A DNA stretch of 64,000 bases, taken from Escherichia phage Barry. Both the position numbers and the translations under genes were made by a program. Within the stretch, counting starts at the first letter, position 1, and every line of letters begins with the position of its first letter. The notes below the pieces were generated by a model, which made no database searches, was not told the origin of the DNA, and saw nothing but the letters and a program-made list of their open reading frames with translations. Location of the stretch: the sequence record LR880803; one strand, 5' to 3'. Positions 5,603-15,685 of this stretch are shown piece after piece.

Positions 5603-6337
5603 ATGAAAGAGATGACAGAACAAGGTAAGGAGATTTTTAATCTCTTAAAAACTGGTAAAGGGTTCTCTAACCCGCTTATTACTGGTGCAGCAGTTCTCGG
5701 TGGAACCGTAGCTGCTTCTACATCACTTGTAAGCTCTATTAGTTCTGTAACAGACCCTACAATGAAGGAGAAACTTGTTGCTGCTGGACTTACAACAGTC
5801 CTTCTAAACAGCTTTACAACAAGCCTTACAAGCACTACAGCAACTACTAAAACTCTGACAGACTACGGTCAAAAATCTATTGATGAGTTTTCATCACGTA
5901 TGCAGGTAGCAAAGGGGTATTCCAATGTTATGGGTGCAGCAGGAGAACAAGTTGGTTGTACACCATTCAGTGGTATCATGGGTGTTGCTACAGAGTATGG
6001 TCAAAAAGCTATTGACATGATGAACAGTACACTAGATAGTGTTAATGGTGTGTTAAGTGACTTACAAGATGCTATTGATAAGGGTCTTGATACTGTTTCT
6101 GATTTAGCTAACCAAGCTGTCAGTAAGATTAATGAAGGTATTTCAAAGATTACAGCTTATGCAGATGAAGTTGTGCAGATGATTGAAGAAGAAGCTGCCC
6201 TTATTGCAGAGTACCTTAAAACGAATATCAATGGGTTCTTAGCAGGTATCTTACCAGACTGGTTTGACGATGCTTGTAAAACTGGTGTGATTGACACTAT
6301 TGCAACACCAGAAATGAAGAGCGCATTACAGAAATAA
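5603..6337 (+). CDS. hypothetical protein (Thr/Ser-rich N-terminal half, alpha-helical C-terminal half)
   Basis: ATG at 5603 with SD aaaggtg; the track start at 5540 overlaps tRNA-Phe and is rejected. Confidence 0.5.
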   Translation: MKEMTEQGKEIFNLLKTGKGFSNPLITGAAVLGGTVAASTSLVSSISSVTDPTMKEKLVAAGLTTVLLNSFTTSLTSTTATTKTLTDYGQKSIDEFSSRMQVAKGYSNVMGAAGEQVGCTPFSGIMGVATEYGQKAIDMMNSTLDSVNGVLSDLQDAIDKGLDTVSDLANQAVSKINEGISKITAYADEVVQMIEEEAALIAEYLKTNINGFLAGILPDWFDDACKTGVIDTIATPEMKSALQK

Positions 6338-6338
6338 T

Positions 6339-6431
6339 GGAAGATTAACCCTAAAAGGTAAGGGAGCAGTTTGCTAAACTGCCAGTAGCTGAGAAATCGG
6401 TGTACCAGTTCAAGTCTGGTATCTTCCTCCA
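6339..6431 (+). tRNA. tRNA-Ser (anticodon GCT), long variable arm
   Basis: 93 nt; perfect acceptor ggaagat/atcttcc, perfect anticodon stem gcagt/actgc with loop ttGCTaa, long variable arm, T-arm ACCAGTTCAAGTCTGGT, CCA encoded. Confidence 0.75.
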
Positions 6432-6435
6432 ATTT

Positions 6436-6511
6436 GAATCCGTGACAGAAATGGATATGTGCCTGTCTGCAAAACAGGTTTATAAGGGTTCGAGTCCCTT
6501 CGGATTCTCCA
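6436..6511 (+). tRNA. tRNA-Cys (anticodon GCA)
   Basis: Perfect acceptor gaatccg/cggattc, perfect anticodon stem cctgt/acagg with loop ctGCAaa, T-arm AAGGGTTCGAGTCCCTT, CCA encoded. Confidence 0.75.
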
Positions 6512-6548
6512 AGTTATTTTACTCTCTCTCAATTAAAATAATAATAAT

Positions 6549-6608
6549 GCCCTGCTATAAGTATTCTTCCTTTCGCTACCGAAGAGTATTTTTAGACAGG
6601 GCTTTTTT
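6549..6608 (+). terminator. rho-independent terminator closing the tRNA island
   Basis: Stem gccctg ... cagggc followed by TTTTTT. Confidence 0.55.
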
Positions 6609-6673
6609 ACAGAGTTATACTTTATAAGAAGGCTTATACAGTATGTCTCTGACGTACATTGTGGTTTCTCCTT

Positions 6674-6698
6674 GACGGTCTCTGTGCCGTCTTTTTTA
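6674..6698 (+). terminator. rho-independent terminator
   Basis: Hairpin gacgg-tctctgtg-ccgtc followed by TTTTTT. Confidence 0.5.
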
Positions 6699-6733
6699 AG
6701 GAGAAACATGGTTAATTATTTGGAGAAAACATA

Positions 6734-6934
6734 ATGAGTGAGACCGTTTATAAAGAACTTTATGAAGCTAACAAAAAGCTAGAATTTATGCAGAACACTA
6801 TCATGGCAATTGCAGATAGATTATCTGTAGCAACAGGTATTGATATCAAAGAAGCCTCTATGGATGCACTTCTTGATGCTGTTGATGCAAAGTTCGAAGT
6901 TAAGAAAGAAGAGACTGCTACAGACTCTGAATAA
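6734..6934 (+). CDS. small acidic protein (possible terminase small subunit or accessory; function unknown)
   Basis: 66-aa ORF with SD ggagaaa, immediately upstream of the terminase large subunit. Confidence 0.4.
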   Translation: MSETVYKELYEANKKLEFMQNTIMAIADRLSVATGIDIKEASMDALLDAVDAKFEVKKEETATDSE

Positions 6935-6955
6935 TTCTATTTGCGGAGGTGCTTA

Positions 6956-8557
6956 ATGGACTTAAATGCTGTTAAGCAGAAGCGAGTGGAAGATGTTAGG
7001 AAAGTCCTAGCTGGAGAGTTGGGGCTTTCTGATGAAGTAAAAGAAATTATCAAATCATTCGGTAAAGACCCCTCTAAATTCCTTCCAACTCAAATTCTGA
7101 CTTTATTAAGATACACACCAGACCAAGTTCGCCTTATCTTTAAATTGATGACTGATAAGAACTATGTAGCCCCTCAACCGGGTTCTCAAGAGGTCTTTTT
7201 AAACACTAATGCTGACTTGGTTCTTTATGGTGGTGCTGCTGGTGCTGGTAAAACTGCTGCATTGTTAATGGACTCTTTAAGATTTATTGAAGACCCTAAC
7301 TATAATGCTGTATATTTCCGTCGAAATACAACACAGTTACAAGGTGGTTTATGGCCTGCTGCAAAGAAACTATTTGGTAAGTTTGGTGGGATTCCTCATG
7401 AGCAGAAAATGACTATCACATTCCCTTCTGGGGCGACTATCAAGTTTACCTATCTAGAACTTGAAAAGCACGCTGAAGGCCATCAGGGTATTGAATACTC
7501 AGCTATTTACTTTGACGAAGGTACACACTTCTCTGCTTCACAGATTTCATACCTACAAACCCGTCTACGTTCTGGTGCTGAAGGTGATTCATACATGAAG
7601 ATTTCCATGAACCCAGATAGAGACCACTTTATTTACGATTGGGTAGAACCATTCTTAGATGAAGAAGGTTACCCAGACCCTGAAAAGTGTGGTCGTATTC
7701 GTTGGTATGTAATGAATGATGGTGTGATGGTTTCTGATTGGGAGAGAGACAAGATTCTTGAAATGTTCCCTCTTGAGATTCCTCAAACATACACCTTCAT
7801 CTCTGGTACGATTGATGATAACCCAATTCTTGACTTCTTAGAACCAAAGTATCGCGGTAAGCTTGAAAACAACACCCCTGTAAACGTTGCAAGACTTCGT
7901 TTCGGTAACTGGAAGGCTCGTGCAGAAGGTTCAAACTACTGGCAAAGACAATGGTGTGAGATTGTTGATTCACTCCCAGAAGATATATTTGATGTTAGAG
8001 CATGGGACTTAGCAGCAACTTTACCATCTGAGGTTAACCCTAATCCAGACTGGACAGCAGGTGTTAAGATGGGTAAATCTAAAAAAGACGGTTGCTATTA
8101 TATCATTGATGTAGTAAGATTTAGAGATAGACCCTCTGGAGTCGAAACACAAATTAATTTGACTGCTGAAAGTGACGGTAAGCGAACTGGTATTTTTATC
8201 CCTCAAGACCCAGGCGCTGCTGGTAAATCCTACGCAACATCCCTCATCAGGAAACTTGCTGAGAAAGGCTATCGTGCAAGAGCTAAACCAACAAATAAAG
8301 ATAAAGTTACCCGATTTGCGGGGTTTTCTGCTGCTTCTGAAGCTGGACTTGTAAAAGTTTTGAGAGGTAGTTGGAACGAAGCTTATTTCCAAGAGCTTGA
8401 AGGCTTTTGTGGTGATGGCAAAACTAAAGATGACCAAGTGGATGCTACCAGTGATGCTTTCAACAGTCTTAACGAAGTTAAATTATTCAAGCCACCATCA
8501 ATGGGTGCTCACACAGACTTAGTGAGGGGAAATCCATATGAGGGGCTTAGACGTTGA
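6956..8557 (+). CDS. terL: terminase large subunit
   Basis: Walker A LYGGAAGAGKT near the N-terminus plus a C-terminal nuclease-like region; ATG at 6956 with SD ggaggtg. Confidence 0.8.
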   Translation: MDLNAVKQKRVEDVRKVLAGELGLSDEVKEIIKSFGKDPSKFLPTQILTLLRYTPDQVRLIFKLMTDKNYVAPQPGSQEVFLNTNADLVLYGGAAGAGKTAALLMDSLRFIEDPNYNAVYFRRNTTQLQGGLWPAAKKLFGKFGGIPHEQKMTITFPSGATIKFTYLELEKHAEGHQGIEYSAIYFDEGTHFSASQISYLQTRLRSGAEGDSYMKISMNPDRDHFIYDWVEPFLDEEGYPDPEKCGRIRWYVMNDGVMVSDWERDKILEMFPLEIPQTYTFISGTIDDNPILDFLEPKYRGKLENNTPVNVARLRFGNWKARAEGSNYWQRQWCEIVDSLPEDIFDVRAWDLAATLPSEVNPNPDWTAGVKMGKSKKDGCYYIIDVVRFRDRPSGVETQINLTAESDGKRTGIFIPQDPGAAGKSYATSLIRKLAEKGYRARAKPTNKDKVTRFAGFSAASEAGLVKVLRGSWNEAYFQELEGFCGDGKTKDDQVDATSDAFNSLNEVKLFKPPSMGAHTDLVRGNPYEGLRR

Positions 8558-8573
8558 TAGCTAGGTGAGAAGA

Positions 8574-10040
8574 ATGGCAGATATTACAGAAACACAAGAA
8601 AGCTTACCACCATTTAGAATGGGTGAAGTAGGTTCTTTGGGTCTGAAGGTTAAGAATGGAAGAATCTATGAAGAACCTCGTCAGGCACTAAGGTTCCCTG
8701 AAAGTATTAAAACTTTCCAATTAATGATGCGTGACCCTGCTGTAGCAGCATCTGTAAATATTATTAAGATGTTTGTCAGAAAAGTCAACTGGAGATTTGT
8801 ACCTCCAAAGGGAAAAGAGCAAGACCCTAAAATGCTTGAAAGAGCAGACTTCTTTAATTCTTTAATGGATGACATGGAGCATGATTGGGCAGATTTTATT
8901 AACTCTGTAATGTCATTCTGCACTTATGGGTTCTGTGTTAACGAGAAAGTTTATAAGAAGCGACAGGGCAAAAAAGGAAAGTACCAGTCAAAATTTGATG
9001 ATGGTCTAATTGGATGGGCTAAATTACCAATCAGAAACCAATCAACACTTGATAAGTGGTATTTTGACGAAGACTTTAGAAGAGTTACTGGTGTTAGACA
9101 GAATCTGAGAAATGTTTCACATATTGCTGGAGCAATTAATCTTGGAGAAAGACCACTAACAAGAAAACTTCCACGAGCTAAATTCATGCTGTTTAAGTAT
9201 GATGATGAATATGGAAACCCAGAAGGTCGTTCACCATTACTTAATGCTTATGTACCGTGGAAGTATAAAGTACAGATTGAAGAGTATGAAGCTGTTGGCG
9301 TTTCAAGAGACTTGGTAGGTATGCCAAAAATTGGGTTACCACCAGATTATCTGGATGAAAATGCAGAACCTGAAAAGAAAGCTTTCGTACAATACTGCAA
9401 AACTGTTGTTAACGATATGATTGCTAATGATAGAGCAGGTTTAATCTGGCCTAGATATATCGACCCAGATACTAAAGAGGATATTTTTGAGTTCTCATTA
9501 GTTTCTAGACAGGGTGCTAAAGCATACGACACAGGTTCTATTATTGACAGATATTCTAAGCAGATTATGATGGCGTTTATGTCAGATGTTCTTGCTATGG
9601 GTCAGTCAAAATATGGTTCATTCTCTCTTGCAGATTCTAAGACAAGCTTACTAGCAATGTCAGTAGATATTCTGCTGAAGCAAATTAAGAACGTAATTAA
9701 CCGCGATTTAGTTGCTCAGACTTATGCTCTTAATATGTGGGATGATGAAGAACATGTGCAAATCACATATGATGATATCGAAACTCCAGACCTTGAAGCA
9801 ATTGGTTCTTATATCCAGAAGACTGTTGCAGTAGGTGCTTTGGAAGTTGACAAAGAGCTATCTAACAAGCTTAGAGAGCATATTGGTCTTCCTCCTGCTG
9901 ATGAGTCTCAGCCAGTATCTGAAAAGCTTTCTCCAAATAGCCAAAGCCGCTCAGGAGATGGTTATAAGACCGCTGGAGAAGGTACTGCAAAGACACCTTC
10001 AGCGAAAGACCCAAGCACAGCAAATAAGGCAAATAAATAA
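8574..10040 (+). CDS. portal protein
   Basis: ~490-aa ORF directly after terL, size and position typical of portal; ATG at 8574 with SD aggtgag. Confidence 0.65.
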   Translation: MADITETQESLPPFRMGEVGSLGLKVKNGRIYEEPRQALRFPESIKTFQLMMRDPAVAASVNIIKMFVRKVNWRFVPPKGKEQDPKMLERADFFNSLMDDMEHDWADFINSVMSFCTYGFCVNEKVYKKRQGKKGKYQSKFDDGLIGWAKLPIRNQSTLDKWYFDEDFRRVTGVRQNLRNVSHIAGAINLGERPLTRKLPRAKFMLFKYDDEYGNPEGRSPLLNAYVPWKYKVQIEEYEAVGVSRDLVGMPKIGLPPDYLDENAEPEKKAFVQYCKTVVNDMIANDRAGLIWPRYIDPDTKEDIFEFSLVSRQGAKAYDTGSIIDRYSKQIMMAFMSDVLAMGQSKYGSFSLADSKTSLLAMSVDILLKQIKNVINRDLVAQTYALNMWDDEEHVQITYDDIETPDLEAIGSYIQKTVAVGALEVDKELSNKLREHIGLPPADESQPVSEKLSPNSQSRSGDGYKTAGEGTAKTPSAKDPSTANKANK

Positions 10041-10540
10041 TGGCTGAAGTTATCTCTATTTCAAATGCTACACGAGTGCATTCGTATAGAGGTGTTCTTA
10101 TTATCACTGACAAATTATCTGTAGAGGCTGGCTCAAGGGTTAGCCTTTCAGGTTATGTAAGTGATGGTGGAGCCTCTGACGTTTTCACTATTTGTAGGTT
10201 ACTTGATGCACCAATGAGTGGAAAACCGTTTATTTCAGGAAATTGTAGTGAAATTGTTAAAATTCCATTTGACAGTTCATGCCTTTTGGGTGTAAAGTTA
10301 TATAACTGCGAGAATAAACGTATCAATGTTAATAGCATTGAAGCCGCTTTCATTACCCTCGACACTGCATTTCAATCTCCAATGACAGTTAATAAAGAAA
10401 CAAACAGACTTGAATACATTTTTTCACAAAATGATTACAAAGTACTTGTCAAAGGCAAAGTATATGATATGATTGTAAATGTGGTAGATGAATCTGGTAA
10501 CCATTCAACAGCCCTTAAACAAAAAGTAAGGTTTAATTAA
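10040..10540 (+). CDS. hypothetical head-associated protein
   Basis: ORF start overlaps the portal stop (ATGA coupling). Confidence 0.4.
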   Translation: MAEVISISNATRVHSYRGVLIITDKLSVEAGSRVSLSGYVSDGGASDVFTICRLLDAPMSGKPFISGNCSEIVKIPFDSSCLLGVKLYNCENKRINVNSIEAAFITLDTAFQSPMTVNKETNRLEYIFSQNDYKVLVKGKVYDMIVNVVDESGNHSTALKQKVRFN

Positions 10541-10872
10541 TGGGAACATTAACTATTGATGGTAAGAATAAAATCCTCGCCACGCTAACCCCAACGACTA
10601 TTATTTTACACAATGTAGACCCAACGGCAGACCCTACAGCAAATAAGGTTACTCAGCCAGTGGCTATTTATTTTTCTGAACCGGATAATGGCTTAATTGC
10701 CTCAGAAGACACAGTTAATATTACTGTTCCAGCTTCTGCAACGGTCTCACACTATAGCTTGTGGGATGCTAACGATAAATGCGTGGCAACTGGTGCTCTT
10801 AGCAAACCTCAATTCTTTGCTGAAGAAGGTATCTATGTTATCTCTTCAGTCTCTGTAGATTTAAACAAATAG
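10540..10872 (+). CDS. hypothetical protein
   Basis: ORF start coupled to the upstream stop. Confidence 0.4.
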   Translation: MGTLTIDGKNKILATLTPTTIILHNVDPTADPTANKVTQPVAIYFSEPDNGLIASEDTVNITVPASATVSHYSLWDANDKCVATGALSKPQFFAEEGIYVISSVSVDLNK

Positions 10873-10883
10873 GGTGAGTAAAA

Positions 10884-12230
10884 ATGAGTTCGAATATCTT
10901 CAGACTTGCTGATAGATTATTCAACCAACCTTTACTAGCCACTGAATCATTAGCTCACTCAGCAGCAACTTATGTGAATAACAGATTGCTGGGTGATGTC
11001 CAAGCAGCAGTAAACTTTGATAAACCCAAAGGTGAAGCAAGAAGTCTTTTAAAAGTAAAAGATGACATTGCTATTATCCCTATTATGGGTGGTTTAACCC
11101 ATCGTATGACATTCATTGATGCAATGTGTACAGGTGGATTAAGCTCTTATGAAGGTTTGCGTAGAGGCTTTGACGAAGCTTTAGCAGATGAGTCAATCAA
11201 GACTATTGTTCTGCACATTGATTCTGGTGGTGGTGAAGCTTCAGGTTGCTTTGAATTAGCACGTCACATTATGGCTTCAAGAGGCCAAAAGAAAATTATT
11301 GCTTATGTAGATGAGTTCGCTTGTTCCGCTGCATACGCTCTTGCATCTTCTGCTGAAGAAATTATTGCATCACCAGATGCAGATGTTGGTTCTATTGGTG
11401 TAATTATGGTTCATCAGGAATTAACTAAAGCATTTGAAAAGAATGGCGTGACAATTAACGTCATCAAAGCTGGTGAGTTTAAAGGTATGGGTTCACCATT
11501 CCAAGCACTTTCAGAAGAAAGCAAAGAAAGACTTCAAAAGAGAATTAATGATACCTACGCAACCTTTACAGGTTTTGTAGCCGAATCTCGTAATCTCTCT
11601 GAAGAAGCTGTAAAGAATACTGAGGCGAATGTTTATTCTGCTCAGGAAGCTCTTGAACTTGGTTTAATTAACTCAATCATGTCTCAAGATGATTTCTTAA
11701 ATTACTTACAAGGTTCTGAAGAGGCTCCTGTAAGTTTAAACGTTAACAATTCAGGTGAAGAAATGACTGAACAAGAAAAGCAAGAACTAGAAGCTTTGCG
11801 TCTTCAGGTTGCTCAAATGAAAGCTAAAGAACAGGAAGCTGCTTTGTCAGATTTGACTAATAAGATTTCTGCTTCTGCTGAAGCTTTTGGGTTTGATGCA
11901 AAAGAAGCTGCAACGGCTATTTTAGGTGCTGGTCTTGATAACCCTCTGAGCGTTCTGTTTATGAATGCTATGGAAGGTGCTAACCAGAAACTTAATGAAA
12001 CTATCGCGTCCCATGCTTCTGCAATGGAAGAAAAAGAATCAGAAATTACCAAGCTGAAAGAAACTGCTGGTGCTGTTCTTGAACATTCCAACGCTATGGA
12101 AGAAGTGGGTAATGACGGCGAAGCTGATTTGGTTGAAGAAGAAAAAGAACCAGCTAAGAATGCTTCCGAAGACACCGCTGAACAACGCAAACTGGCTCTC
12201 CAGAATGCTCTAAAATCTCTTATCAAATAA
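10884..12230 (+). CDS. prohead protease (S49/SppA-like) fused to a scaffold-like coiled-coil C-terminus
   Basis: S49/ClpP-fold motifs (IPIMGG, HIDSGGGEASG, IAYVDEFACSAAYALA) followed by a Glu/Ala/Lys-rich helical tail; SD agggtgag. Confidence 0.7.
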   Translation: MSSNIFRLADRLFNQPLLATESLAHSAATYVNNRLLGDVQAAVNFDKPKGEARSLLKVKDDIAIIPIMGGLTHRMTFIDAMCTGGLSSYEGLRRGFDEALADESIKTIVLHIDSGGGEASGCFELARHIMASRGQKKIIAYVDEFACSAAYALASSAEEIIASPDADVGSIGVIMVHQELTKAFEKNGVTINVIKAGEFKGMGSPFQALSEESKERLQKRINDTYATFTGFVAESRNLSEEAVKNTEANVYSAQEALELGLINSIMSQDDFLNYLQGSEEAPVSLNVNNSGEEMTEQEKQELEALRLQVAQMKAKEQEAALSDLTNKISASAEAFGFDAKEAATAILGAGLDNPLSVLFMNAMEGANQKLNETIASHASAMEEKESEITKLKETAGAVLEHSNAMEEVGNDGEADLVEEEKEPAKNASEDTAEQRKLALQNALKSLIK

Positions 12231-12241
12231 GGAACACAATA

Positions 12242-12619
12242 ATGGCATATCAAGGTTTTACTAAGTTAGGTAACAGAGAACCTCTGAATGATATCATTCT
12301 TTGGGAACAGATTACCCCAACAGGCCACTCTCGTAAAGAGTACACTCCGGTTGCTTCAACAGAATACCGTGTAGGTGAAGTTCTGAAAGCAGATGGTACT
12401 AAGGTACAAGCTGGAGAAGAAGCCCAAGCAGACTCTGTATGTATCGTTAATTTCTACGCAGACCTGCAACTGTCTTATCATGGTCAGTTGAAAGTGGTAG
12501 GTATCCACCGTGATGCAGAACTAAAAGACCTGCTGACTCTTGAATCAAGCGTTAATGCTGCTGAAGTCAAGAAAGCTCTGGCTGCTAAAGGTATTGATTT
12601 CGTACCAACTGGCCTGTAA
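12242..12619 (+). CDS. putative head decoration or minor capsid protein
   Basis: 125-aa ORF between the protease/scaffold and the major capsid gene. Confidence 0.35.
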   Translation: MAYQGFTKLGNREPLNDIILWEQITPTGHSRKEYTPVASTEYRVGEVLKADGTKVQAGEEAQADSVCIVNFYADLQLSYHGQLKVVGIHRDAELKDLLTLESSVNAAEVKKALAAKGIDFVPTGL

Positions 12620-12652
12620 TAACAATAATAAGACATTCTGGAGAATTTTACA

Positions 12653-13759
12653 ATGTTGACTAATTCTGAAAAAAGCAGATTTTTACTTGCTGACCTGACT
12701 CGTGAAGTCCAGTCTATCCCAAACACTTATGGGTATATTTCCAACTTAGGTCTGTTCCGTTCAGCACCACAAACTCAGACAACCTTCCTGATGGACTTGA
12801 CAGATTGGGATATCAGCTTGCTTGATGCTGTAGACCGCACTAGCCGTAAAGCTGAAACAAGTGCTCCTGAGCGTGTTCGTCAAATCAGCTTCCCAATGAT
12901 GTACTTCAAGGAAGTTGAAAGCATTACTCCTGATGAGATTCAGGGTGTACGTCAGCCAGGTACTGCAAATGAACTAACCACTGAAGCTATCGTTCGTGCT
13001 AAGAAGCTGATGAAGATTCGCACCAAGTTCGATATTACTCGTGAGTTCTTGTTCATGCAAGCTCTGAAGGGTAAAGTTATCGACGCTAATGGTGTTCTGT
13101 ACGCAGACCTGTACAAACAGTTCGATGTAACTAAGAAGACTATCTACTTCGACCTTGACAATCCGAACTCTGATATTGATGCTCACATCGAAGACCTACG
13201 TATGCACATGGAAGACGAAGCTAAGACTGGTACTGTAATCAACGGTGAAGAGATTCACGTAGTTGTTGACAGAACTTTCTTCAGTAAACTTACCAAGCAT
13301 CCGAAGATTCGTGACGCATACCTTGCACAGCAGACTCCGCTGGCATGGCAACAGATTACTGGCTCTCTGAGAACTGGTGGTTCTGATGGTGTTCAGTCTC
13401 ATATGAACACGTTCTACTACGGTGGTGTTAAGTTTGTCCAGTACAACGGTAAGTTCAAAGACAAGCGCGGCAAGACCCATACTCTGGTTAGCATCGATGG
13501 TGTTACTCAGGATGGAACTGTAGGTGTAGGGCACGCTTTCCCTAACGTTTCTATGCTTGGTGAAGCAAACAACATCTTTGAAGTAGCTTACGCTCCATGT
13601 CCGAAGATGGGCTACGCAAATACTCTGGGGCAGGAGTTGTACGTATTTGAATACGAAAAAGACCGTGATGAAGGTATTGACTTCGAAGCTCACTCTTACA
13701 TGCTGCCATACTGCACACGTCCTCAACTGCTGGTTGACGTTCGCTCAGACTCTGAGTAA
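12653..13759 (+). CDS. major capsid protein
   Basis: 368-aa ORF after protease/scaffold with highly expressed-type codon usage; canonical position in the head module. Confidence 0.7.
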   Translation: MLTNSEKSRFLLADLTREVQSIPNTYGYISNLGLFRSAPQTQTTFLMDLTDWDISLLDAVDRTSRKAETSAPERVRQISFPMMYFKEVESITPDEIQGVRQPGTANELTTEAIVRAKKLMKIRTKFDITREFLFMQALKGKVIDANGVLYADLYKQFDVTKKTIYFDLDNPNSDIDAHIEDLRMHMEDEAKTGTVINGEEIHVVVDRTFFSKLTKHPKIRDAYLAQQTPLAWQQITGSLRTGGSDGVQSHMNTFYYGGVKFVQYNGKFKDKRGKTHTLVSIDGVTQDGTVGVGHAFPNVSMLGEANNIFEVAYAPCPKMGYANTLGQELYVFEYEKDRDEGIDFEAHSYMLPYCTRPQLLVDVRSDSE

Positions 13760-13781
13760 TGATAGGTAAGGAGGGTTATGA

Positions 13782-14231
13782 ATGTGTTATACAGGCGACC
13801 CAGCCAATAACCCTCTTGATAGAGTAAGAATCCTCTGCACAGACACTAATAATGATGAAATTCTTATTGAGCAGTCTGTGCTAGAGTGGTTCTATCTAGA
13901 ATCTGGAAAGGATGAAAAGAAAGCAGCCATCAAAGCTCTTAAATATTTACTCTTTCAAGTAGCCAAGATGGGAGATGAGAAGGTTGGTGGTGTTTATTTA
14001 CGTAACTCTTCCAGATTCAAGTCTCTGAAAGCTGTTTATGACGACCTTGTTAAAAGCTCTGTTTCAGGACTACCCTATGCAGGTGGTATTAATCAGTGTG
14101 ATATTGACATGCGTCGTCAGAATCCTTGCTCTGTCAAGAAATACACAGAATATGGTGATGCTGCCAGATACGAAGGCAGAGATTACTGCAACCGTGTTAA
14201 TGGCGTATTTATTATCGAGCGAGATGAATAA
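13782..14231 (+). CDS. hypothetical head-tail joining protein
   Basis: ORF with SD taaggaggg; position between capsid and tail genes. Confidence 0.4.
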   Translation: MCYTGDPANNPLDRVRILCTDTNNDEILIEQSVLEWFYLESGKDEKKAAIKALKYLLFQVAKMGDEKVGGVYLRNSSRFKSLKAVYDDLVKSSVSGLPYAGGINQCDIDMRRQNPCSVKKYTEYGDAARYEGRDYCNRVNGVFIIERDE

Positions 14232-14713
14232 TGGTTAAAAGGGTTATTCACCCCGCTAGAGCAAAATTAGTCGGGGCTATGAAGAACTTGCAAACGGCTA
14301 ATGCTCAAGTTGGGTATTTTCAAGAACAAGGTCAACATAGCTCTGGTTTTTCTTATCCTGCTTTAATGTATTTACAAGAAGTTATTGGGGTTCCTTCAGC
14401 TTCTGGTAAAGTATATCGTAGGTTGTTTGAAATCACTATGATGCTAAACAAACAGACCTTGTTAGAGCAGACTAAGAAGAATCTATATAAGCAACTTAGC
14501 AGTCTCAACACAGACCCTTCAAATACCTTAGAAGCATTTGCAAAGAATGCTCAAAAGGCAATTAAAAGGGGTTTTGGTAATTCTGCTATCCTCCCTCCTA
14601 ACGCACCTTCCACAGTCAAGAAAAAAGGCTTTAACGCACCTCTTGTTGAGACAGGTGACTTAAGGGATAACCTTGCTTATAAAATTTCTACTAAGAAGGG
14701 TATTAAGAAATGA
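14231..14713 (+). CDS. hypothetical head-tail connector or completion protein
   Basis: ORF coupled to the upstream stop (ATGA). Confidence 0.4.
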   Translation: MVKRVIHPARAKLVGAMKNLQTANAQVGYFQEQGQHSSGFSYPALMYLQEVIGVPSASGKVYRRLFEITMMLNKQTLLEQTKKNLYKQLSSLNTDPSNTLEAFAKNAQKAIKRGFGNSAILPPNAPSTVKKKGFNAPLVETGDLRDNLAYKISTKKGIKK

Positions 14714-15111
14714 GACTCTTAAACAGACACAGCTTTGTAGTAAAGCGTAAAGTCTCTGAAGATGGTTATTATAATGATGATGGTGATTGGGTAGCTTCAC
14801 AAGATATTGTAGAGGTTAACTGTAAAGGTAATATCCAGCCATATATCAAAGGTTCTGTAAAGAACGGTACACAGATTGCTTTACCGGAAGGTATTAGACT
14901 TACCGATACAAGAATCCTGTATACCACATATAAGCTTAGAACTTCAGATGATGTAGAGTGGAATGAGTCTGATATTGTTATGATTGATGGTCATGAGTAT
15001 GAAGTATTTATGACTATGGATTGGTCACAGCAATTAGCCCATACGTCCCATTATGAATATATCATTATTAGAAGGGATAAAATGAATGCAGTTAGAAACA
15101 GCAGAACTTGA
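14710..15111 (+). CDS. hypothetical head-tail joining protein
   Basis: ORF overlapping the upstream gene by 4 nt. Confidence 0.4.
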   Translation: MRLLNRHSFVVKRKVSEDGYYNDDGDWVASQDIVEVNCKGNIQPYIKGSVKNGTQIALPEGIRLTDTRILYTTYKLRTSDDVEWNESDIVMIDGHEYEVFMTMDWSQQLAHTSHYEYIIIRRDKMNAVRNSRT

Positions 15112-15685
15112 AAAAGGTCTAGTTAGAACCTTAGTGGATGTTATTGGTCACAGATTAGCTCGTGATAAAAATAATAGGCCAAACGTAATTAGGGCTTACC
15201 CTTCTGATAACTCAAATGACAAAGGTTTAAAACCTGACCAGCCATTTATCACCGTATATTGTCAAGATGCTGCAACACCTTATGGTTGGGTTCTTGATAA
15301 GTTTGTTGAGGATGATGTAGTTTGCTACAGAATTGCTTTTCAGATTCCTGTATTGATTACGGTAAATGGTAAAGGTGCTCACAGTATTATGCTTGAGCTT
15401 AAACAACGATTAGAGATGAGTTCAGTCAGAGATTTAATCCTTGAAGAAACAGGAGCTACAGTACTAGACACTGGAGCTATCCCGAATGACTATACTTATC
15501 TCAATACAGATTTCGAAAATTCTGCGCCTCTTGTTGTAACTCTTGTAAAAAACTCAGTCCTGAAAGATGAACGCGGAAGTATTATTGAGCGTGTCATTGT
15601 TGATGGTGAGTTGGTTTATGAAGAAGGACAAGAGCCACCAGAATATACTATCCATCTAGATGTAGACTCCAAAGGGGTAAAATAA
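15086..15685 (+). CDS. hypothetical tail completion protein
   Basis: ORF starting at ATG 15086. Confidence 0.4.
   Translation: MQLETAELEKGLVRTLVDVIGHRLARDKNNRPNVIRAYPSDNSNDKGLKPDQPFITVYCQDAATPYGWVLDKFVEDDVVCYRIAFQIPVLITVNGKGAHSIMLELKQRLEMSSVRDLILEETGATVLDTGAIPNDYTYLNTDFENSAPLVVTLVKNSVLKDERGSIIERVIVDGELVYEEGQEPPEYTIHLDVDSKGVK

Noticed and set aside
5540-6627. Track start 5540 for the 5603..6337 gene, and ORFs 5590..5835 (-), 6157..6432 (-), 6400..6627 (+)
   Set aside because: They overlap tRNA-Phe, tRNA-Ser or tRNA-Cys or are antisense to a better-supported gene.
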